Source: Takakia lepidozioides (lineage: Eukaryota; Plantae; Bryophyta). Taken from it: 64,000 nt of DNA. The position numbers were made by a program, and so were the translations under genes. The notes under the pieces were generated by a model. It was given only the letters and a program-made list of their open reading frames with translations. It had not been told where the DNA came from and made no database searches. Of this stretch, positions 12,661 through 23,300 are shown in pieces; positions within the stretch are counted from its first letter, which is position 1; every line of letters begins with the position of its first letter. The stretch is from assembly GCA_030704615.1 (NCBI GenBank), contig CM060731.1, forward strand, positions 40,362,001 to 40,426,000, written 5' to 3'.

Positions 12661-12945
12661 AAGGGAGTTTGTCAATGCTTAATGTGAGGGTGGCCTGAAG
12701 ACAATATCCATTTTCTGCTACAATGTCCGGGGGTATTCTCATCAGGCTGAGCCTGAAGCACTGACCCTCTCTGAACTTGTTTCCAGTCTGTGACATAGGA
12801 GAGGCCATCATGGATAACCTCAAGGGTTTACCCACCCTCGGCACTAGACTGAAATCTAAACTCGGGGCAGGAAGCCTACCTTTGAACAACAAACAGATGC
12901 AGTGAGGAAAGAGGGATTGCAATTACCCGTTGTGTGGGCAACCTG
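12660..12945. repeat. Unclassified repeat, permuted relative to its copy at ~25655-25905
   Basis: Blocks GGCACTAGACTGAAAT...TTTGAACAA(C/T)AAACAGATGCAG and GTCAATGC...GGCCTGAA(G/A)ACAATATCCA occur at both loci in swapped order. Confidence 0.7.
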
Positions 12946-14145
12946 ACGACACAGGGATAGCATTGTGGCCGTGCCCCCAGTCTGGGCGGAACAAGAGCAA
13001 ACCTTTGTGAGGGGCTCACTCCAGTAGCAATATCCGTCATGTTCGAATATTCAATGTGAGTAATACGAGCACACTTAAAACAGAAGGGGCTTAGGAAATA
13101 AGGTCTGCGTCACTGATAATGCTGCCTTGTCTATACTTCTTAGTTCTTACGGATCAAAGTCCTTCAGAGCAGTCTAATCTAGGAAGATAGTAACAGAAAC
13201 TGGATAAAAAACCTGTATGGTAGTTTAGAGCAACTCTTACTTTGTGTAATTATGAAAAGAACATTATGAAGGCCAGCCTTGAGATCCTAGTAACGAATGA
13301 AGAAAGAAAGTAGGTGGGTCTCTTTTGAACATGTTCATGAAAGCTCATAGAACAAACTACCTTTGAAGAGAAATATCCATATCCACTGCGATACTTTTTA
13401 TCAAGACAGATTTTGTTCAAAACAATAATATTTGTCACTGAGTTTATGTAGGCAACTATTTTTCTTAAGAATGTATCTTTGAATATAGGGTCGTTATCTA
13501 TTATATCAAAATGCTAATGTCCACCGTAAACAATAAAAACTTGGGCATGTGTGTAACTTCAAATAATATGGAAAAACAAAATGTTAATGCGGAGAGGCAG
13601 ACAAAATAAACAATGTACTCCGGAACAAACATGCATTAAATAAAAGACCATCAAGATTTTTCATGAAACCGAGGCATTAAATAAAAGTCCAAACTATTTG
13701 AAATCTACACCAATTGCAAATAAAGATGAAAAAAGATATCATATAAACAACATTCATATCCAAATCCAAATCTGCTTGTTGTATCAAAATGAGCCACAAT
13801 CATTACACCGGTCAAACGAATCTTGAAATGAAATAGAGAGAAAAAAATATAGGAAAGGGAAAAATGCAGTAAAATACAGAAATACAGTAAAGGGGTTCCA
13901 TTCCCCCACACTTCGTGGGCATACATAGAGGTAGCTGCATCAAACAATGACATACAGAGATGTGACATACAGAGATGTAAGACCATGGGATGACCCCCGC
14001 CCTTTTTGTACCAATTGAACGTACTTCTCAGAATTCGTCGCTAGTAGTGCGGAACAACATCGTCATTGCCATCGTTTGTTGAAATTGGGTGAATTACTTT
14101 TATGTTTGTGACTTTCTCATGATTTTAGTGCTGTAATTTGTGTAG

Positions 14146-14289
14146 AGCCCTGATGGAACAATGGTAGTCTCCGCTGCTGCGGATGAGACACTTCGCTTTT
14201 GGAAGGTATTTGGGATGGCACAACCTGTCAAGAAGGTCTCCATGGGAGGAACTGGTGATCTGTCATTGCGAAGTATTAACATAAGATAG
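14146..14289 (+). pseudogene. CDC20: Isolated last exon of a CDC20/fizzy-family WD40 APC/C activator
   Basis: tgtag|[23 protein letters not shown]...LRSINIR*, ending in the C-terminal IR tail. No upstream exons nearby. Confidence 0.85.
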
Positions 14290-14525
14290 GAACGCCAGCT
14301 GTGGACTACAAAAATCAGAGCTCCAACATAGCAGGAAGCAAAACATTGATGCCTTGGGACAGGGGGTCACCACCTCAACAGAATGCTGGTTTTAAAAGCA
14401 TAATGAACGTTTTCCGCCGTCGTTCACCTTTCCGCCATATCCATGGAGCATTGCAACCTTGTGTAGAATAAGGCGAACAACAAAGGCTGGTGGTTGTCTA
14501 ACTTTCTGTATTTATTACTCGTCAG

Positions 14526-14612
14526 GCAACACCAAGGATGAGCGAGGACAAAGTAAAGCAATGCGTTGATCCCAAGCTGGAGGGTGACTATCCTCCGAAG
14601 GCAGTTGCCAAG
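14526..14612 (+). pseudogene. PTI1: Isolated internal exon of a PTI1-like receptor-like cytoplasmic kinase
   Basis: tcag|[29 protein letters not shown]|gtaggt, with both splice sites intact. Confidence 0.85.
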
Positions 14613-15019
14613 GTAGGTTTTTGTGTCAACCTTTTGAGTTGCATTCTCATTGCAAGAGATTGCATAGTAGATGATCTCTTCAGCAAACGGGCTGGCTTAT
14701 GGCAGCCCCTAGCTCCGTATTTAGGTTCTCTCAACAACTGACAGCAGTACCTCCCTGTAACCAGTGTTCACTGGAAACAATAAATACAAACTGTGAGACT
14801 GACATTCAAAGCTGAAGGTTGCTCTTTTTCCATGTTTCAGCCTTCTTGGCCATTATTTTTGTGACCATTGTCTTATCAAACGTGGTGATAATGATGCAAT
14901 TTGGATATAACCATATGCTGTCACTATTGACACGAAATATGGTAGATCATGAATTGACGTGTCATAGATTAACTCACGGATATGGTGAATTGTGGTCACC
15001 TTGGCTAGATTTGGCTGCA

Positions 15020-15290
15020 TGCCTTCCTCCAGAAGGCAGCGAGAGCACTTGCACTGGAAGCCCCAACCCTTCACACCTTTGTCCTTCCGTTGTTGAAGGG
15101 GACACATAATATCAAAGTAGGGCAAGCACACCTCTTCTCTTTCTGTTTTTGCCTATAGATCCATCCTCATCAAAGGCATTCAATTGAACAATTTGTCTGA
15201 TTCTAGTGATGTCAGGTTGCAGGTTGTTGGATCCCGGCGAAATTCCATATCCAGGAGCAATGGTGCCTTTGGGACTGGGCAGATGGGTAG
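15020..15290 (-). pseudogene. Internally deleted fragment of a SMYD/ASHR-type SET-domain gene
   Basis: IRQIVQLNAF...GV joined to LPYFDIMCPLQQRK...WGFQCKCSRCLLEE (post-SET cysteines). The NHSC core is missing. Confidence 0.6.
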
Positions 15291-15382
15291 CACACCCAGC
15301 GTGAGCAAGAGTGAAATCCAATTTTGGATGTTGCTTGAATGCTAGTTATGGGACTGAGGTGAATGGGCGGGCTGGTGATCAG

Positions 15383-15469
15383 AAGCGCAAATTGTCGGAC
15401 ATGCTTGGACCTCCCTGGAGCAAAGAGGACCTGGAGCTCTTCTATCAAGCATTTCGGAAATATGGCAAA
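15383..15469 (+). pseudogene. ALY: Truncated exon of ALWAYS EARLY/LIN9-like gene (SANT region)
   Basis: tcag|[29 protein letters not shown], then an abrupt break. Confidence 0.8.
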
Positions 15470-16621
15470 TATCTTATGACCACAATTGACTTGTTGAGAT
15501 TGTTTTCTGGTTGTATCAAAATCTCTTGTCATCTTGACTGCTTTTTGCAGCAACAAATGAAGCGAGCAGCAAATTGTCTCTGTAGGTCCATCTATATCAG
15601 GTTGACACTGGAATTTCAATGCATGTTGTTTGTGAGGCACAAGCAATTGTCCTATTTGTTGATCCATCCCACTGTGTGATAGTCCCTGATTTCACGCAGC
15701 AGAGAATGTCTCTCAGAACAGGGGGCTGCAGTAGACACTCTATGATATTTGTACATGGACAAGGTATTGCAAGATCACGATTCTATTTTCCCACTATATA
15801 GTTCTTGCTTGTCTGTGCTAAGTTGTAAGGTTGTTTAGTGTCTTTTCAAGTTGAACACAATTGATGGATTAGCTTTTGTGGCTGTCAAATATTGTTGGAT
15901 GTTTTTTCAATCATGTCCTCTGCCTCAAAATTCTAGTTTGCTGCTCAAAGCCATATTGTTCCTTCCATCTGTCCCACAAGTCCTGATTCATTACCATAAT
16001 GAGTACTGACGATAAAGATTTGGAACTCCTGCAAAGGGGAGACTCAGGGTCTTTTACTCACTTGTCTGAAATGTGCACAATGCAGGAATGTATGTGTTTC
16101 AAATGTTTGCACAGCTATAACGCTACTGACTCACAACAGCAGGACTTCTAGACATTACCCGAGTCCTTCCACTTCTTCACTACTTGTAGAGGCGAGTCTC
16201 TGTGGATCAGAAGACCATAATGGAGATGCTAGTGCAATTGGTTAGTAAAGCAGATGAGCAGCCAGCTGGGGAACAAGTTGTACAAGAATCAAAGGCAACT
16301 GATAGAGAGCTGTGCAGCAAAGACAAGACAACTTCAATGGACTCCTTGAGCACTTCTGTTGGAGGAGGGAAAGCCTGCTGGAGTGAGGGAGGGGTGCAGT
16401 CAGATCACATCCGGAGGCAGGTATAAGCCAAAGTTGTGTTCATCCAAGGCGAGACCACAATTCTCTACTCAGAGCAGTGTGAGTTGCATACTGATCTATC
16501 ATATCATTTTGACCCTCTTAATTATTAACTATGATGGCCTAGAGGCCCCATACATCAGTTTGAAATGTTTCGAGTGGTGCAGCTGTTATCTTGCACTCTT
16601 ACTTTTCGGGGTGCTGTACAG

Positions 16622-17483
16622 AATGATGGTGCAGACAAGTCTGCTTCTGGTACCAATTTGGCTTATAGGAGACAATGGCGGATATGCTTCTTCCAGCAAC
16701 ATGCGACTGCAGGAAGGAACCTAGTAGGTGTAAATTGGAGACTGAAGAGACAATACCCTAAAGCCTAGACTGGGCTTGCATTATGATGATTCGCAATATA
16801 GGACACCAGTATAACAGAGGTGGGGATGTGGAAACTGGCCGATGGTTTCCGCCGGGAATGTAAGTCTTTCGTGGGAAGAGTAACAGTGATCAAACAAGCA
16901 AGAAATTTTATGTCTTCTTTCAATGAGTGCTTGAAGACCCCAGATTGAGAGCCCAATCCTGTAGTTTGCAGCCACGGCGGTCAGAGGTTGGAAATTAGCC
17001 CAATAACCGGTTTAGTACAAGTATGTACTCGATTTGTGAATCTTTCTTTGAAATCTGGCTCTGCCTCTCAATAGATTTTCTTTGTGTTGTACAGATTTTG
17101 CAGATGAGTTGAAGAAGACACGCCAGTTTGGAAGTCTAACGACATTTGGACGCGGCTTGCCCAGAGGGGGTGGAGTATCAGCTGTAAAATCCCTTGAGAG
17201 ACAGGAGGGGATTCTTCGATCCCTAGCCCGACATGACCCTCTGGTATGCTTTTTCATTACATCTGAATTTGGTTGCTACAACTGGAAAGTCTGTTTCAAT
17301 GTTTAATGAGAGCACCAACCTTCAGAAGTGGTAAACAGTTAAAGAGGGCTGCATACTGGACGGCCGGGCTTGCAGGTGAGGACACGATGTCTTCAGAAAG
17401 TAAGCAAGGGGCATGGGGCTGGGCATGGTGTGGGTCCAGCGAGTTGGAGAGCTGCACAAGGCTGAGGTGGCAACAGAGTGGGG
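16622..17483 (+). repeat. ~0.86-kb near-identical duplicate of 6670-7522 (SEC-C intron 1, exon 2, intron 2, start of exon 3)
   Basis: Direct comparison shows scattered SNPs and small indels. Antisense ORFs 6829-7023 and 16781-16975 translate identically. Confidence 0.95.
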
Positions 17484-17718
17484 CCAGAGCTGGGGGGGTT
17501 AGTGGAATAATGTACAAACCAAATGTGGCACGGAATGTCGACACAATATAACCCCCACCCACTTTCCCACCCAACTACCATGGGACAATGTGAAGTTTCT
17601 ATCTTTCCTTCTTTCATTGGGCATGGGTGCTTTCAAAGATCAATTCCACACCCTACAGATTGAGACAGAAAGACAGATGGACCAATGAACACACCAGGGA
17701 TGGTCTCTGCTGTAACAG

Positions 17719-17836
17719 AGCAAATGAAATATGTCGTGAATCAAAGCGACAAACCATCAATGCTAAGGATGTGCTCAAAGCTGTTGAGGAGCTGGACCTC
17801 ACCGAATTTTGTGAGCCCTTGAGAGCTTCTTTGGAC
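17719..17836 (+). pseudogene. Isolated exon of DNA polymerase epsilon subunit DPB4/POLE3-like histone-fold gene
   Basis: aacag|ANEICRESKRQTINAKDVLKAVEELDLTEFCEPLRASLD, a NF-YB/CHRAC17-type histone fold C-half. Confidence 0.75.
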
Positions 17837-18619
17837 CTGTGGAAGTTTCATAGGGAACTGATTTCTTTGACAATGGCAATGGTGTCTGTTCATTCTGAGG
17901 TCATGAAGTCATCTCTCATTATTCAGCTTGTGGTGTAGTTAACAATTCAACACAAATTGGACAACATTGTTTGGACCTACGGTGGTTTCATTATGGAATG
18001 CCCTCTTTCAAAACGACATGCTGTCCATCCCTGCATCTTCATTGTATATAAGGTCTTCTTGTACATCATCCAGTTTATGAGGGTGAGGTTGACAAAGATA
18101 GACCAAGTTTGGACTTCCGACATTATTTCGAACAATTCTTAAGATCAACATGCTCTAGAAAGTTGTATGTACTCAAAAGCAGTTGTGTGGGCAGCACTGC
18201 TGAGGCATGTGATTGATGCTAGCACTTACCTGGTATGGCTGTGTGTTTGGTGGGTCTGTTTAGGTGTCAGTGGGAATGTAGTATTATATGTTTGCTTTTG
18301 CATTTACGGGGTCAGATGAATTAGAGAGGAGAGGAGGTGGACATAGTCACATCAATGAATAGCCTCAACAACACCAAAAAACAATAGGTAACGCAAAAGT
18401 AAACTATGGATTTACAGGCTGTTGCAAGGTATCCAGATGTAAAATAGTGGACAATTAGTAACTGACCACCTCAAGTTACTTCGCTGTGCGACCAATTGGT
18501 CTTACCTCCGAATCGGCCCCGGAAGTTGGTGGTTTAGGCTTTTATTATCTTCATCCCTACAATTCGACCAACCTACGACAGAGCTTGATGATAGTTCTTA
18601 AAACCACCTGAGAGCGACA

Positions 18620-18720
18620 GCTCACAAATCAAGCCTCTTAATAGTGATAGGAGAAAATAACCTCTTCCACAACAACCTCACCACAAAGGCATCTAAATAG
18701 TAGGATTTGACCCCAGAACC
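18620..18720. repeat. LTR-like fragment related to 27197-27345
   Basis: Shared CTCACAAATC, TAATAGTGA(T/G)AGGAGAAAATAACCTCTT and AGGATTTGAC blocks. Confidence 0.55.
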
Positions 18721-20346
18721 ATCAGATGGCACTCAATGTTCTTGATTTTCTTGAACTTCTTGAACTGCAGGAGAGAAGGAGAGAGAGATGTTGTTTGCTT
18801 GCTATAGCCTTGTTTGAGCGGAACAGGAGAGAAAGAGAGAAATACGTTATGTACCTACTATAATTCTGTTTGGGACGATCAGGTGTGAATGGCTCTCTGC
18901 CCAGGTTACAACAATATTGTAATGACAGAGGAGGAATGGGAATAGCACATAAGAGCCTTAGTAAACATAGGAATGACAATGAAAAGAATTATGTAGTCTC
19001 AATTGAGATCTAGACAGGTTATACTGTACATGGTTCAATTGTTTTTCTAGAGACAGACAGACACGCCTTTCTTTTTCCAGTAGCTCCCTTCCCAATACTT
19101 CCTTGTGCTTGGCCACAAAGCGAAGATGGAAGCTTTGCACCTATGGGAAGGTTTCTCTTTATCGTGACACGACGTGTTTGTTGAAATAGTCTTACTGTTA
19201 GTAGTCCTTAGCACTTGTACTTGCTAACAATTTTCGTCTCGTCTTGTAGAGACGTTGAAGGACCATCAAGAATCTATTGTCATTACTTGCGTATACACAC
19301 GGACATTGTAAGAATTAACTTAGAGAGGTACTCCCTGATGGTCCCGACCACTCTAGCTAGTTTTTGCATTTTTTGAATTCTTTAATGGCCATACTTGTAT
19401 TGCACATAGTCATATTAGACACACGCAAATATCTTTGTAGAGCTCAATAGATTGTTACAAACATTTCTGAAACTCAATTGAACACAACATAACTCACCAT
19501 AACTTAAGCTTAAGAACAAAAATATTCAGCTATACAAATTATCCTTCCTTAATCAGATTTTTTTGGTGTTTTAATGTCAAAGGTTTGAAAGCTTAAGTAA
19601 CCTTAGCGCTGCCACCCTCGACAAAGGCCCCACCTGTGAACAGCAAGTCCTGGTATACTTGGATAGTATAGGCTTCTTCGATTGCATCAACTTTAACCCT
19701 CCCTGTATTGTCATTATCGCACCTGTCACTCAATTTATTTCCTGTCACAGTAAATTAATGAAGGCCTTTGAGTGCAAGATCACTCTTCAACACTCAATCG
19801 GAAATTGCCGAGTGTTTGTGAGTAGGGGGATAACAGCCCTACATCTGGTATCTTAGGGTGTCTAGTATTAGGCATGTGATCATGGAACATGCTTAAGAAA
19901 ATACATTAGGGCTTGATCAGAGGTCTAGTCTGTTGTCAGGCCCAGGCCCGCGCAAACAAGTCACAACTTAGTCCGTAGCAATTTATTTATGAATCTATGC
20001 ACTCAACAACGCATTCTTTTATCTTTCTCCATCAGCCCCGAGAAAGGTGCAGGAAACGCTCTTTCTCATTCGAAACCACGCTGAATCCACCATACCCAAG
20101 GGCACATAGTACCCAACAATCACAAGGATAGCTAATACCAACATTCATAGCAGAAAATGACTACATCTTCTCATTCTCAACATTACCATGATAATCTCTC
20201 TCATTTGCGATAGAAATGAACAGAGAGCACACCCGAATTTTTCTATCTTGGGAGCCAATGTAAAGAGTTTCCCCCACCAAAGCCAGGGTGGTGACTTTGT
20301 TCCCACATTTTTCTCATCTTGGCAGTATCGTCCCGCCTGCCAGCCT

Positions 20347-23300
20347 TGATAGTAACACATAAATAGCAGCATCCTGTGGATCCCATTTAGAAAGGCATTT
20401 TGCTGCACTTTCTGCCACCTCCACATTGCCATGAATTCTGCAAGCACCAAGCAAGGTCTGCCACACTGAAGCAGCTGGTTCGATTGGCATTTTGTTCATG
20501 AAGTCCTTTGCCACCTCCACTCGACCTGCGCAGTCAAGAAGGTCCACCATGCAGCCAAAATGCTCCATTGTAGGAGCGAGGCCATGATTTTGACTCACGG
20601 AATCAAAACATGCTGGGCATATCCTGCGATCATCGCATTCCACGACATCACATCTCATTCAGCCATATTGTCAAAACTCCCTTTGCATCCTCAATGCACC
20701 CACATTTCACATACATGTCCACCAGGGCAGTGTCCAAAATGAATTTGGTACAATTCCATGTGGTCGGGCTTCACCCTTTCCCCCAGGCCTCCATCCCATG
20801 CCCCTGCTGTGGATATCCTGCAAGCATGGCGTTCCATGACACCAAATCTGCTTAGCCGGTCCATACCAATGAGGGCTTAATGTGATGGCATGGCTCTGTC
20901 TTCATTATTAGCCTCCATGACTGGCCAGCCACAATTCTTGTCTGCTTATGTCCCAGAAGTAACACAACTGGGGCCCATTGCAGTGGTGACCACCCACCTG
21001 ACAGATTGTGTTCATCATTAACTGTAGAATTGCAAGGGATAGCATCCCAGCCATTGTTGACAGGAACAGAATGTATGGGTGAGGAAGGGAAGGCATCCCA
21101 TCCGGTGTTTTGGACTTCACCTTTATTAATCCATGCACATTCGGGACTGTGAGCAGTAGAATCCCCAGTGTTCAGCCACCCTCTGTTAATGTTTTCTGTT
21201 GAATCTGTCAAACCCTCATCTGATCCTCCAGCCCTCTCTGGCAGTACATGATGGTCAAGACTCTGAGGAAATGGTGGATGGTCTGAGTAGCTACACAGAT
21301 CAATGAATGAAGCAAGACACTTGCATGTTGGCAGGAAAACATCCTTTCACCAGTAATCACCACAAGAACAAATCCCATCTTCAATGTGGTAGAAAGCGGT
21401 TAGCGTCCCATACAACAATTGCTCGACCAACAGTCTTTGAGATGAATTTGGTGGAAGTGTGGCAGTCACCACATACTCGAAGATTCTTGATGAGACGAAG
21501 AGGCGTCCTAAGGATTGTGCTGATCAGCCCAAAACCAATGGCCAGCTTCTCACTGTGGTGGCAAAGAGAACTTGTCTTCCTTCATTTAGTAGGCCAGTGT
21601 GGCTGCATGCAGAGAGAACACATATAAAGGCTGCCCAGCTTCAAGCCGTTCTTTTAATGCATTCCTTCAAATAGTTGCAGGACCTCCCTATGACAACATG
21701 CTGGGCATATCCTGCGATCATCACATTCCACATCTGGCCAGAACCACATCTGGTACAATTCCAGCTTTGGCGATGCAACCATGCCCTTTTCCAGGGCTGC
21801 CAGGCTTGCATACGCACTGCAAACGCACACAAACGTGATGTGGTCGGGCTTCACCACTTCCCCCATCATTTGTTCATAGGTCTCCAAAGCCTCCATCCTG
21901 TCTTGCTGCAATCTCTCGTATATCTCGAAAGCCTCCTTTGCCACATCCATGTTGAGCACACCCTGCGATCATGGATACTGTCAAACACTCCCTCCGCATC
22001 TTCGATGCACCCACATTTTGTATACATGTCCACGAGGGTATTGTTGACAATCACATCTGGTACTATTCCTGGTTTTGCGATGCAACCATGCACCTCTTTG
22101 CCCTTTTCCAGGGCTTCCAGGCTTGCAAACGCACAGACGTGATGTGGTCGGGCTTCACCCCTTCCACCATCATTTGCTCATAGGTCTCCAAAGCCTCCAT
22201 CCCGCGCCCCTGCTGTGCATACCTTGCAAGCATCGCATTCCACAACACCACATTTCATTCAGCCATATTGTTGAACACTGCCTTTGCATCCTCGATGCCC
22301 CCACATTTGGCATACATGTCCCACAAGGGCATTGTTCAGAATGACATCGGATATAATTCCAGCTCTGACAATGTCGCCATGGGCCTCTATGCCCTTTTCC
22401 AGAGCTGCCAAGCTTGCACATGCATTGCAAACGCACACAAACGTGATGTGGTTGGGCTTCACCCCTTCCCCCATCATTTGCTCATAGGTCTCCAAAGCCT
22501 CCACCCCACGTCCCTGCTGTGCATACCCTGCAAGCATCGCGCTCCACGACACCACATCTCGTTCAGCCATATTGTTGAAAACTGCCTTCATACATGTCCA
22601 CCAGGGCAGTGTTCAGAATGACATCTGGTACAATTCCAGCTTTGACGATGTCATCACGGACCTCTTTCCCTTTTCCAGGGCTCCCAGGCTTGCACACGCA
22701 TCACAAATACACACAAATGTGATGTGGTCGGGCTTCACCCCTTCCCCCATCATTTGATCATAGGTCTCCAAAGCCTTCATACCACGTCCTTGCTGTGCAT
22801 ACCCTGCAAGCATCGTCTTCCATGACACCACATCTCGTTCAGCCATAGTGTTGAAAACTCCCTTCGCATCCTTAATGCACCCACATTTGGCATACATGTC
22901 CACCAGGGCAGTGTTTAGAATGACATCTGGTACAATTCCAGCTTTGACGATGTCACCATGGACCTCTTTCCCCTTTTCCAGAGCTCCCAGATTTGACATG
23001 TTGACAAGGGTGTTGAGGAGAAAAACACTTGGCGTGAATCCACTTTGGTTAATGTAGTGTGCACCTGCTTTCCAGCTTCCAGACCTTTCATCTTGATGCA
23101 CTTAAGCAAGAGACAGACAAACATACCTGAATCTGCTGAAATGCCTCCTACATTTGGCATACATGTCCACGAGGGTATTGTTCAGAATGACATCTGGTAC
23201 AATTCCAGCTTTCGCGATGCAACCATGCACCTCTTTGCCCTTTTCCAGGGCTGCCAGGCTTGCACACGCATTGCAACCACAAACAAACGTGATGTGGTTG

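Noticed and set aside
12700-12760. CTGATGA...GAAA on the - strand as a hammerhead
   Set aside because: Stems II and III and the NUH site cannot be formed.
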